Origin: a virus
Lineage: Duplodnaviria > Caudoviricetes
Virus record (IMG/VR): IMGVR_UViG_3300043220_000065
Span: 1 to 31,239 of that record
Direction: 5' to 3' (one strand)
Length of the DNA stretch: 31,239 nucleotides
Position 1 is the stretch's first letter. Each line of letters starts with the position of its first letter. The position numbers were made by a program, and so were the translations under genes. Positions 5,642 to 13,960 of this stretch are shown piece after piece. Under the pieces are notes generated by a model. The model was given only the letters and a program-made list of their open reading frames with translations, was not told the DNA's origin and did not search any database.

Positions 5642-7825
5642 ATGGCTGATTTCACTGATCCGACAACTGCTGGCGCTGGCTTCGGTCGGCCAAATCCTCC
5701 CGGCGCTCCCGAAAAGGAATCTGCTGAAGAGGAAGCAAAACGTCTCGCTGAACTCGGAAACCCCTACGACATCCAGAACCCAAAAGCCCTGGAAACCGCC
5801 CGTCGCCGGCTTGATGTTCTTCTAGGCATCGACGGTGTGTATCGTCATTATTTCGAGCGCGAATGGTTCCGTAACATTCTCTACTACGCCGGCAAGCAAT
5901 GGATCATCTTTGACAACAGCACTCGTCGTTTCCGCGCTAAGAACCTTCCCGAGTGGTTCCCGACTCCCATAACCAACAAATACGCTGAAAAGGCCGATGA
6001 TTTAATGAACGCCTTTCTCCAACAGCGCCCGCCTATCAATTACGTTCCTGCAACAGCCGAGAAAGCCGACATCGCAACCGCTGAGATCGCTGACCGTTTT
6101 CGAACTGTCTTCTATGAAGAGTCTCTGGTCGATCAATGGGAAGATGAAATGGTCGCGTGGCTGGTGCTTACGGGAAGCGCCTATGTGATTCCCTACTACG
6201 ACGATGATTCCAAATATGGCGTCCGGCAGATTGATACTCCTGAAGGCCCAAAAGTCTATCCCATTGGCTCTCTCAAAAGTGATGTAATTTCCAACTTCGA
6301 GATGCGTATCGACCCTCGTATTCGAAATATGCAAGATCAGCATCGTTTCGCACGACTCCAAACTCTCGGTGTGGACCTTGCTCGGGAGAATTGGAAGGAA
6401 TTCGCCGGTCAAATCTCAGCCGATAAGGAAGAAAAACTCGGTCAAATCTATCTTGACGCCCTAGCCTATGTTACCACCTCATTCGGCGGCACGTCGGCTT
6501 TCGGTGTATCTGGAACGACCAGCGACACCAAAAACCCTCGTACTTCAGTCTACGAATTCAACGAACTACCGACCGAGGAATTCCCAAAGGGTCTTCGCAT
6601 CGTTCGAGTCGGGAAAGGTGGCCCAATCGTTGAGTTAGGCCCTCTTCCCTACAAATACGGTGCCGGCGCTCGTAAAGGGCAGCCATTTCTGAACATCGTC
6701 CAATTCGGTCTTAAAGTCATCCCTGGTCGTCACTGGCGCAAGACCCCGATGGACGATCTCGTTACCATTCAGTCCTATCGGAACCTCATCGAGGCCGTAA
6801 TCAAACTCACCGTTCAGCGTACTGGCAACTCGACATGGTTGAATCCGGTCGGCTCCAACGTCGAAAACATCTCCGGTCAGCCCGGAGAAATCCTGGACTA
6901 CATGCCCGTTTCTCTCGGTGGTTCAACCTTCGCCAAACCCGAGCGTATCCCAGCCGAACTCTCCAACGTCCAACCCCTTATCATCCTTCAAAACAAACTT
7001 GACGATTCAATGGAACGTATCGCCGGGACGTTCTTCCTCCAAGGCGGTGACACTCCTCCTGGCGTGACTGCTGCCAGTGCTCTTGCCTATCTAGGTGAAC
7101 GCGCTGAACGTTCCATGTCTCCTGCCAAACGTGCGTTTGCAAAATCATGGAAACAGTGGGAAGGGATGAACCTCGAAATCGCCCGTGCGAACTGGAACGA
7201 CGAGAGGATAGTTACCATCGTCGGTCGCAACAAAAAGTGGGAGACGAAGAAGTTCTTACGGGCTGACCTCGCCGGGAACGTCAATCTTTCCATCGACTGG
7301 AAGGCCCTTTTCCCCAAATCCACTGCCACCCAGCGCGCAACCATCGCCCATCTAATTCAACTCGCTGTCGTCAATCCTCAAGACCCACAGCAACAGTATA
7401 AGATTTTAGAGGCTTTTGGTGAAACTGCTCTTAAAGGTTCTGAAAGCATCGACGTTCAGGAAGCTATCAAGGAATGGGATGAATTCCTTGAGAACAGCCA
7501 ACCTCCGATAATGATACCTCTTGTTCAAAATAGCGTTGTCCACATTATACAACACGCCGATGTTGCTAAGACGGACGAGTTCAAAGAGATGTTGAGAGAG
7601 GAGCCTGAGAAAGCCCAGATGTGGTTGGATCACTTGAACGCCCACTACACAGACTTCATGGTTCGTCAAGCCACGATGGGTGACATGAGCGGTGAGACCC
7701 CTGACGGTGGAGAGGGAAAGCCTAGTTCAAGGAATGGTGGTGGCAATGATCGTTCTGGCCCTGTCAAAAAGGGCGAGGATGCGGCGGCGAAGGAAGTGAA
7801 AGACCCGAAGGTATTGCGGGGATAA
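5642..7825 (+). CDS. Portal protein
   Basis: 727 aa downstream of terL; podovirus portal-like segments (YYAGKQW, PITNK, GVTAASALAYL). Confidence 0.9.
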   Translation: MADFTDPTTAGAGFGRPNPPGAPEKESAEEEAKRLAELGNPYDIQNPKALETARRRLDVLLGIDGVYRHYFEREWFRNILYYAGKQWIIFDNSTRRFRAKNLPEWFPTPITNKYAEKADDLMNAFLQQRPPINYVPATAEKADIATAEIADRFRTVFYEESLVDQWEDEMVAWLVLTGSAYVIPYYDDDSKYGVRQIDTPEGPKVYPIGSLKSDVISNFEMRIDPRIRNMQDQHRFARLQTLGVDLARENWKEFAGQISADKEEKLGQIYLDALAYVTTSFGGTSAFGVSGTTSDTKNPRTSVYEFNELPTEEFPKGLRIVRVGKGGPIVELGPLPYKYGAGARKGQPFLNIVQFGLKVIPGRHWRKTPMDDLVTIQSYRNLIEAVIKLTVQRTGNSTWLNPVGSNVENISGQPGEILDYMPVSLGGSTFAKPERIPAELSNVQPLIILQNKLDDSMERIAGTFFLQGGDTPPGVTAASALAYLGERAERSMSPAKRAFAKSWKQWEGMNLEIARANWNDERIVTIVGRNKKWETKKFLRADLAGNVNLSIDWKALFPKSTATQRATIAHLIQLAVVNPQDPQQQYKILEAFGETALKGSESIDVQEAIKEWDEFLENSQPPIMIPLVQNSVVHIIQHADVAKTDEFKEMLREEPEKAQMWLDHLNAHYTDFMVRQATMGDMSGETPDGGEGKPSSRNGGGNDRSGPVKKGEDAAAKEVKDPKVLRG

Positions 7826-7901
7826 GAAAGTAGTTGCATTGGGTTGAGAAGTTCCGTAGTAGTTTAGTTGGGAGAAAAGAGAAAAGGAGGAGGACAAAGA
7901 G

Positions 7902-8249
7902 ATGAATTTACTCGCTAGTAGGATACAGTGCTTTGAGTGGCTTCGTGGGGAGCATCTGAAACTAAACGTTCTAGGAAAAGTGGGCCGATACAATTTCTAT
8001 GGAGCCATGAAGTTTCATATAAACTTCTTCTCGGCTGTAAAGTGGCCCAAGAGCTACTTCCCGTACTTTATCTTTGAGAGGGAACTCGAAGGAAGACTTC
8101 GCAGCGGTTGTTTTCTCTATCGTCATGAGTATTCCATTCGAATCCCGTTCCCGTTTTCCGTTGTCCCGATTCTCTTGCTTTGGGCTTGCTACCCTTTGTG
8201 GCGTCTTAGAGTGATGCTTATGCGGGTGGAGATTTCAGAGGTATATTAG
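7902..8249 (+). CDS. Hypothetical aromatic-rich protein with a C-terminal hydrophobic segment (moron-like)
   Basis: Strong AAGGAGG RBS and its own upstream promoter-like motif. Confidence 0.55.
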   Translation: MNLLASRIQCFEWLRGEHLKLNVLGKVGRYNFYGAMKFHINFFSAVKWPKSYFPYFIFERELEGRLRSGCFLYRHEYSIRIPFPFSVVPILLLWACYPLWRLRVMLMRVEISEVY

Positions 8250-8251
8250 TC

Positions 8252-8443
8252 GTGCCAGCGCCTTCAAGAGCAATGCAGCAAGCATCGGCGATTGCCCTCC
8301 ACTCGCCGGGGAAACTCTACGGACGGAACCGGAGTCTCCTGAAGATGAAGAAAAAGGATTTGAGGAAGTTCGCTGAAACAAAACACGCCGGTCTCCCGAA
8401 GCATACTCGTGGTGGACTCGCTGGTTTGAAGAGGATGAAGTAA
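8252..8443 (+). CDS. Small basic protein, DUF3008-like
   Basis: MPAPSRAMQQASAIAL...MKKKDLRKFAETKHAGLP resembles the DUF3008 pattern as recalled; not searched. Confidence 0.7.
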   Translation: MPAPSRAMQQASAIALHSPGKLYGRNRSLLKMKKKDLRKFAETKHAGLPKHTRGGLAGLKRMK

Positions 8444-8775
8444 TGGCGCTTGAACTTAGCTATCTCTCAATTAACCGTGTGCGTAGGGATAAGAAAGGTT
8501 CGGAAGTGGACAGCCCCTCGGCTGGGGGGTACAACGCAGTTGTGGAACTAAAAAAGGATTTGGTCAATCTCCGGGAAGCAATCGACGCTCCGAACCTGCT
8601 CCAGGCTGTAAAGACCAAACTCCGCCAGGAGGTTGCGGAGAAAAGGGCGGCTCTTGTTGAAGCGAAGCGAAGGAAGAAAATTGAACGCAAGTACGAGCCA
8701 ATTATCCTTGGCTCAAAAGGTTTGGGCCGTATGAAACGGTCCAAAAATCCACACTCCCGGTATCCCTCCAAATGA
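8443..8775 (+). CDS. Hypothetical basic protein
   Basis: TAATG coupling with the previous gene; Lys/Arg-rich C-terminus. Confidence 0.65.
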   Translation: MALELSYLSINRVRRDKKGSEVDSPSAGGYNAVVELKKDLVNLREAIDAPNLLQAVKTKLRQEVAEKRAALVEAKRRKKIERKYEPIILGSKGLGRMKRSKNPHSRYPSK

Positions 8776-8808
8776 GAGGGGGAGTAACCATGTATAGGAG
8801 AAAGAACA

Positions 8809-9234
8809 ATGATTAAACTGAGACAACACGAAGAACTGTTGGTCACACTGAACCTCCCCGGAGCCCAGGCTGCTGACCTCAACTTGGCCTCGTTCCTGGT
8901 GCCATTTGCGTGTCGCTTGAAGGCGATCTACGCAAAGCTCACCGTTTCTGGAACAACCGGCACGAGCGTCTATGACGTGAACAAGAATGGAACCACGATT
9001 TACTCCAGCACCAAGCTCACGTTTGCGACGGGTACTGTAGACCCAGTTTCCTACGCCGCGCTCACTGCTGATCCGACCCTGTTCGCCAAGGGCGATATAA
9101 TCAGCGTGGACATTGATACGGCTCACTCGGGAACCCCTGCTGAAGGTCTCGTGCTTCTGCTGGTCCTCCAGCGCGGCAAGGCGAGCGCGCCTGCGGCTAC
9201 CTCGACTGGCGGAATTGGCCCTGAAAATGAATGA
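8809..9234 (+). CDS. Probable virion structural protein (beta-rich, possible head decoration)
   Basis: AGGAG RBS; Thr/Ala/Gly-rich beta-strand pattern; located in the head module. Confidence 0.6.
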   Translation: MIKLRQHEELLVTLNLPGAQAADLNLASFLVPFACRLKAIYAKLTVSGTTGTSVYDVNKNGTTIYSSTKLTFATGTVDPVSYAALTADPTLFAKGDIISVDIDTAHSGTPAEGLVLLLVLQRGKASAPAATSTGGIGPENE

Positions 9235-9243
9235 TGAGGTATC

Positions 9244-9720
9244 GTGCTAACGAAAACCTGTGCTTGTTGTAAGGAAACTCTTCCTGCTAAGAGGTTTGTG
9301 AAAAGCAGGCAAGCAAAGAATGGTCTACATTCTTACTGTAGACTGTGCCACAACGCAAAAACGCGGGCATGGGAACGAACGCATAAAAGGGACCGGAATT
9401 GGAAAGTGTTGTACACCCCAGAGAACCGCGAGAAACGGCGTTTTTGGCAACTTCGCAGAAAGGGCGTGCTCGATTTTGGTGTCAAGGAGTTCGAGGCGCT
9501 CCGTCGTAAGCAGAATGGTGTCTGCGCTATTTGTTTGAAAGCGTCGCGTCTTGTGGTAGACCACGACCACAAAAATGGTGTGGTGCAGTGCAATCGTGGG
9601 CTTGGTTATTTCTCTGAAGATGTCCAAGCCTTCTACCGAGCGGCTGAGTATCTTACTGATTCTCAGAGAACCGCCATCGGAGAAACTTTAGAGATTCCTG
9701 TCTTAATGACAGGGAAATAA
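9244..9720 (+). CDS. Endonuclease VII-type HNH (homing) endonuclease, probably inactivated
   Basis: N-terminal CxxC...CxxC; QNGVCAIC...LVVDHDH...CNRGLG; the usual RGLLC segment is missing. Confidence 0.8.
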   Translation: MLTKTCACCKETLPAKRFVKSRQAKNGLHSYCRLCHNAKTRAWERTHKRDRNWKVLYTPENREKRRFWQLRRKGVLDFGVKEFEALRRKQNGVCAICLKASRLVVDHDHKNGVVQCNRGLGYFSEDVQAFYRAAEYLTDSQRTAIGETLEIPVLMTGK

Positions 9721-9759
9721 ACTCTCTGCCACCCCAATGGTGTCAGAAGGGAGACGAAC

Positions 9760-10728
9760 ATGGCTGATGAACCAAAAGCTGTGCTAGACCCGGAGCCTGA
9801 TCCATCTCTGGTTAATCCAGACGATGATAAAGGCACTGGTGATGACGACAAGGGAGGCGACGACAAGCCTTTCTTGACAGTAAACGACCGAACCTCTTTC
9901 AAGACTGCCGAGGATGCAGTTAAGTCCTTCGGCGAGTCTGGAGAGCGAATCGCAACTCTCTCGCAATGGGAGAAGTTGAAGGATGAATTCGGTGTCGAGA
10001 CTGTCGAGGAGGCTAGGGAGCTTCTCAATGAACTGGTTGACCGTCGAGCCCGTGAAAAGGCGGCGGAAGGCCGGGATCAGGACACAGGAAAGCCGGCAGC
10101 TAAACCTGCTGACGATCCAAATACTGGTCTGAGTGACGAAGACAAAAAGGCGGTTGCGTATTTTAAGCGCCTTGGCGTCCCAATCAGTGGGGACATGGAC
10201 GGGTTGAGGAAGCAGATCGACGAACTGAAGACTTCCATTCAATCCGGTCAAGAGTCCGACAACGAACGTCACGCTTCCGCCATGATTGAATCAGGGCGGT
10301 CAGTCCTTACGCAACTCGTAAAGGGCGCGGACTTGCTAGGTGAAGACCAGAAGGTGAATCAAAAGCTGACGGCTAGAGCAGAACGAGCAATTCGTTCCTA
10401 CCTCGAAGACACCAGCATTGATGAGAAAACTGGGGATGTTCGTCCCGGTTCTCCTCTTGCTCGCTTCTACCGTGGGGGTAATGCCCAGCGGGAAGTTGTA
10501 AAAGAAGCGTTCGAGGACTTTCTGGAGACCTTCAACTACGGCAAGACTCGCGGCGTTGCGGGCTACGAAAAGGACAAGCAAGATGCAAAGAACCCAAAGC
10601 CTCTGCCAAAAGGTGGAGCCCCTGCTGCTGATGTTGGTGCCGGAGCCGATAGAAAATCTGAATCTATGGTCGAGACACACAACAAAGCCTGGAAGGTTTT
10701 CCAGAAAACAGGGAACTTCGCCGAATAG
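9760..10728 (+). CDS. Capsid scaffolding protein
   Basis: Acidic helical 322-aa protein directly upstream of the major capsid gene. Confidence 0.75.
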   Translation: MADEPKAVLDPEPDPSLVNPDDDKGTGDDDKGGDDKPFLTVNDRTSFKTAEDAVKSFGESGERIATLSQWEKLKDEFGVETVEEARELLNELVDRRAREKAAEGRDQDTGKPAAKPADDPNTGLSDEDKKAVAYFKRLGVPISGDMDGLRKQIDELKTSIQSGQESDNERHASAMIESGRSVLTQLVKGADLLGEDQKVNQKLTARAERAIRSYLEDTSIDEKTGDVRPGSPLARFYRGGNAQREVVKEAFEDFLETFNYGKTRGVAGYEKDKQDAKNPKPLPKGGAPAADVGAGADRKSESMVETHNKAWKVFQKTGNFAE

Positions 10729-10787
10729 TTTTGTCGGAGACGGGTTTACTGCTTCTTGACTTCAAAAACTAACGAGGAACAACAGCT

Positions 10788-12071
10788 ATGGCTACTCAAA
10801 CAACCACGGCGTTCGACGCGGTGCTGAAAGAGGTCTACATTGGCCCTATCCGCTCCCAACTCAACGCCAAAACCCGTCTCCTTTCTGATTTCACGAAGGC
10901 GGACATCACACAGTACGAGTGGGAAGGGCGGCAAGTAATTGTCCCCCTCCGCACCGCTCGTAACGTTGGTGTCAAGGCCCTGAAAGAGGAAGGTCTTATT
11001 CCTACGCCTGGGCGTCAGGCATACTCGAAACTGGTAATCCCCGTCAAACACTGGCTCGGTCGGATCGAACTGACTACGCGGGTGATGAAGGCAGCGCGGT
11101 CGAACAAGGGTGCCTTCACTCGTGCCATGCAGTCCGAACAGGACGGTCTGGTAGACGACATCGCTCGGCAGCGCAATCGCGCACTGGCTCAGGCCGGTCG
11201 TGGAATTCTTGCGATGGCGAGTGCTTCCGGGTCTGGTGCCACGGCTCTGCTCGTGGACAACCCCGGTGGGGTTACTGGAACCGTCAACGGAACACGCTTC
11301 CTCAAGGCCGGGATGGTAATCGCCATCCACGATCAAGCGTCTCCTGGGACCATCGACGCTCTGGTAACAATCACTTCAGTTGACAGTGGATCGCAGGTGA
11401 CTATTCCTTCCAGCACCTGGGACGACAACGCCTTCATTACGTTGGGTGTCACCGTAGGTGGCGTCGATGAAGGTTCGTTGGACGACGAGCCTGTGGGTTT
11501 GGCTGGTATCGTGGACTCCACCACGTTCATCAGCACGATTCACGGGATCGACCGTTCTACTGCTGCCAACGCCTTTTTCCGCTCCAACATTCTCGGTTCA
11601 GTCGGTGCTCTCTCGCCGGACTTGCTCCAGCGCGGCATTGACAACGCCGAGGAAGTCAGCGGTGAGGTAATCGACTGCTTCTACTCTCACACTTCAGTTC
11701 GCCGTGAGGTTCTGAAGATGATGGAAGCGGATCGTCGCTACACGGCTCAATACTTGATGTCTCCTGACGCCGGTACACGCGCCGGGAAGTTCAAGGCTAA
11801 CCTCTCGTTCAACGAGATTCCAATCAAGGTGGATAAGGACCTCCCTTACTCGACACTCTTCGGAGTGAACCGAGCCCGCCTGTTCTGGATTCCCGAAGTT
11901 GAAGGGGAATGGGCTGATGAAGACGGGGCGATTTTGCTCCGGTCTAGCACCAAGGACGTGTATGAGGCACGTTTCAGGGTGCTGGACAACTTTCTAAGCG
12001 ATAAAGGCAACGCGCACGTTCGTTTCGATGGCATAAGTGCCACCGTGACTTCGGGTGTGTTCTCCGACTAA
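10788..12071 (+). CDS. Major capsid protein (HK97-type, with a beta-rich insertion)
   Basis: 427 aa; GAGGA RBS; N-terminal AFDAVLKEVY...QLN; follows the scaffold and is followed by a terminator. Confidence 0.9.
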   Translation: MATQTTTAFDAVLKEVYIGPIRSQLNAKTRLLSDFTKADITQYEWEGRQVIVPLRTARNVGVKALKEEGLIPTPGRQAYSKLVIPVKHWLGRIELTTRVMKAARSNKGAFTRAMQSEQDGLVDDIARQRNRALAQAGRGILAMASASGSGATALLVDNPGGVTGTVNGTRFLKAGMVIAIHDQASPGTIDALVTITSVDSGSQVTIPSSTWDDNAFITLGVTVGGVDEGSLDDEPVGLAGIVDSTTFISTIHGIDRSTAANAFFRSNILGSVGALSPDLLQRGIDNAEEVSGEVIDCFYSHTSVRREVLKMMEADRRYTAQYLMSPDAGTRAGKFKANLSFNEIPIKVDKDLPYSTLFGVNRARLFWIPEVEGEWADEDGAILLRSSTKDVYEARFRVLDNFLSDKGNAHVRFDGISATVTSGVFSD

Positions 12072-12081
12072 CTGAATCACT

Positions 12082-12129
12082 CGGGATTGGGGGTCATTTT
12101 AATATGGCCCCCTTCTCCCGTAACTTTTT
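12082..12129 (+). terminator. Intrinsic terminator after the capsid gene
   Basis: CGGGA..GGGGGTCAT-loop-ATGGCCCCC..TCCCG followed by TAACTTTTT. Confidence 0.65.
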
Positions 12130-12144
12130 GGAGGAGAAGAGGAA

Positions 12145-12678
12145 ATGCAAATCGAAACGCAACAAGTTGTTCTGACCCTTACCTCAGACAAGAACATTCT
12201 GTCTGCTTTGAGAGCCAACAAAGCCTTTCGCACTGACAAAGGTGGAGTTGAAAGCCTTGTTCGGCAGTTTAACTCTCAGGACTTCGAATTCCGTGCCGGC
12301 GCGAAGATTACGGTTGGAAAAACCGTTGCTGCTGCTCTGAAACGTGACACTTCTTTCATCATGGGCGACGGTCTTACCGGGCCGCTCGTTTGTCCGTTGG
12401 TCGAGGTGGGCTCGTTCGAGGCCGGCAAGGGCACTATCGGGGTCGGCGATCTCGTGTGTCCGTATTGCCATACGAAGTTCGACACCGCCCCAAAACTCGG
12501 TCGTCACCTGTATCGGGCCGCTTCAGAGTGTCCTGATTACAAGGCTGAAGAAGGCGACGGGTCGGAATCGGCGAATGAGGCAGAGGCCGATGAGTCTCCC
12601 GAACCTGATGAGCCCATTGACATCGACTCCTTCTCGGAGCCGAAGCCGGACGAGGCCGAAGTTCCGACGAGTAAGTAA
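12145..12678 (+). CDS. Hypothetical protein with a zinc-finger-like motif and acidic tail
   Basis: CPYC-x12-H...C; GGAGGAG RBS. Confidence 0.7.
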   Translation: MQIETQQVVLTLTSDKNILSALRANKAFRTDKGGVESLVRQFNSQDFEFRAGAKITVGKTVAAALKRDTSFIMGDGLTGPLVCPLVEVGSFEAGKGTIGVGDLVCPYCHTKFDTAPKLGRHLYRAASECPDYKAEEGDGSESANEAEADESPEPDEPIDIDSFSEPKPDEAEVPTSK

Positions 12679-12701
12679 GACGTTTTTGCAAGGGGAAGAA
12701 G

Positions 12702-13226
12702 ATGGATTCTCTATCGGCCTTTCGGGCTGCGTGTAACTCTTTCGACCCTTTTCTTTCCTTTCGCTGGAGTTCTCGTATTGGGAAATGGGTCGTCGATAGA
12801 AAGGCCCTTATCCCTGGAACGGAAATTGCCTTTCTCACTCGACGGATAGCACGACTTGAAGATGCCGCTCGTCGTGCGAAAACGGCAAGGTCTGATTCCG
12901 CTGTTAATTCCGAGCTTCATCAGACCGTTGAGGAACTCGCCTCCGCAAAGGAAGGGAAACGGATAGTCTTTTTCACGAAGACTTTGGACAGTCGCACTTT
13001 CGACGCTCTGGCCTTTTCTGACATCCGGCGCTATGGTGGCTATAGTCGTTTCGCTGATGAACTAGAAAAGACCGAGGCGTATGCTTCCTCTGAGGCTGAT
13101 CGGATGTTCAGAAATCACATGGAGGGAACCCACAAGGAGGCATACGAGATGCTGAATTTTCTCGACCGCAAACGTTCAACCGAACTCGAACGAGGCGAAC
13201 GCCGACTAGAGGTACTTCTAAAATAA
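12702..13226 (+). CDS. Hypothetical protein (head-tail region)
   Basis: Co-oriented, tightly packed ORF. Confidence 0.7.
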   Translation: MDSLSAFRAACNSFDPFLSFRWSSRIGKWVVDRKALIPGTEIAFLTRRIARLEDAARRAKTARSDSAVNSELHQTVEELASAKEGKRIVFFTKTLDSRTFDALAFSDIRRYGGYSRFADELEKTEAYASSEADRMFRNHMEGTHKEAYEMLNFLDRKRSTELERGERRLEVLLK

Positions 13227-13230
13227 TCCA

Positions 13231-13953
13231 ATGCCCTTTAACGATCTACTGCCGTCAATCAATGGTCAGTACCTAATCGACAAAACCCTTCGCAAGTTGG
13301 GTGGGTATCGAAATGCTGTCGATGTCGTTGATGCCCTAGACGCTATCAACGAAGCCAAGGACGAGGTATGGGCGATTCTCAAGGCCACCAAAGAGGACTA
13401 CTTCGCCACCTTCAGCCAAAACACAGACTCCACCCTTGACACTTTCTTTGACAAACTCACCACCACCGCTCGACAATTCACCCTCCCCAGGAACTTTCGT
13501 CAGATGAAGGGACTTCGTATAAACGATCCCGGCAAGGAAGAGATTGAGTTCGAACCCCGAGACTTTGCCGATCCAGAATTCCAAGCCTCCTACAAAGCAT
13601 CGACGGCTGCAAGCTCAAGCACCGCCTCTCGCCCAACCTATTTCTACGACATCCTTGGAATTCGAACCCTTGTTCTTGCCCAGTTCCCAGAGGCGGCATT
13701 CGACATCACACTTATCTACATTCGTGCCGTGGCTGACATCGACATAGATGAAGAACTGGATGAAGTTCTATTCCCCTTCACCAACGCCATTGCCACCCGA
13801 GCGGCGGCTGACCTCGCTGCACACACTCTTCACGATAATGAGCTAGGAAGCTCTTTATATGAGGACTGGAAGGAACAGAAGAGGTCATTGGAGAGCGCGG
13901 CGGAACAACGAGATATTTCTAGGGGCCGGGTAGTCGCGGATTTCCAAGGTTAA
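13231..13953 (+). CDS. Head-to-tail adaptor (tail tubular protein A-like)
   Basis: 240 aa; LDAINEAKDEVW helix, FTLPRNF and RPTYFY motifs; directly upstream of the nozzle-sized gene. Confidence 0.7.
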   Translation: MPFNDLLPSINGQYLIDKTLRKLGGYRNAVDVVDALDAINEAKDEVWAILKATKEDYFATFSQNTDSTLDTFFDKLTTTARQFTLPRNFRQMKGLRINDPGKEEIEFEPRDFADPEFQASYKASTAASSSTASRPTYFYDILGIRTLVLAQFPEAAFDITLIYIRAVADIDIDEELDEVLFPFTNAIATRAAADLAAHTLHDNELGSSLYEDWKEQKRSLESAAEQRDISRGRVVADFQG

Positions 13954-13960
13954 TTTTGAA

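Noticed and set aside
8790-8816. 8-codon uORF MYRRKNND overlapping the 8809 start
   Set aside because: Its apparent RBS is the 3' arm of a CCCTC/GAGGG hairpin, and 8809 has its own AGGAG RBS; support is insufficient
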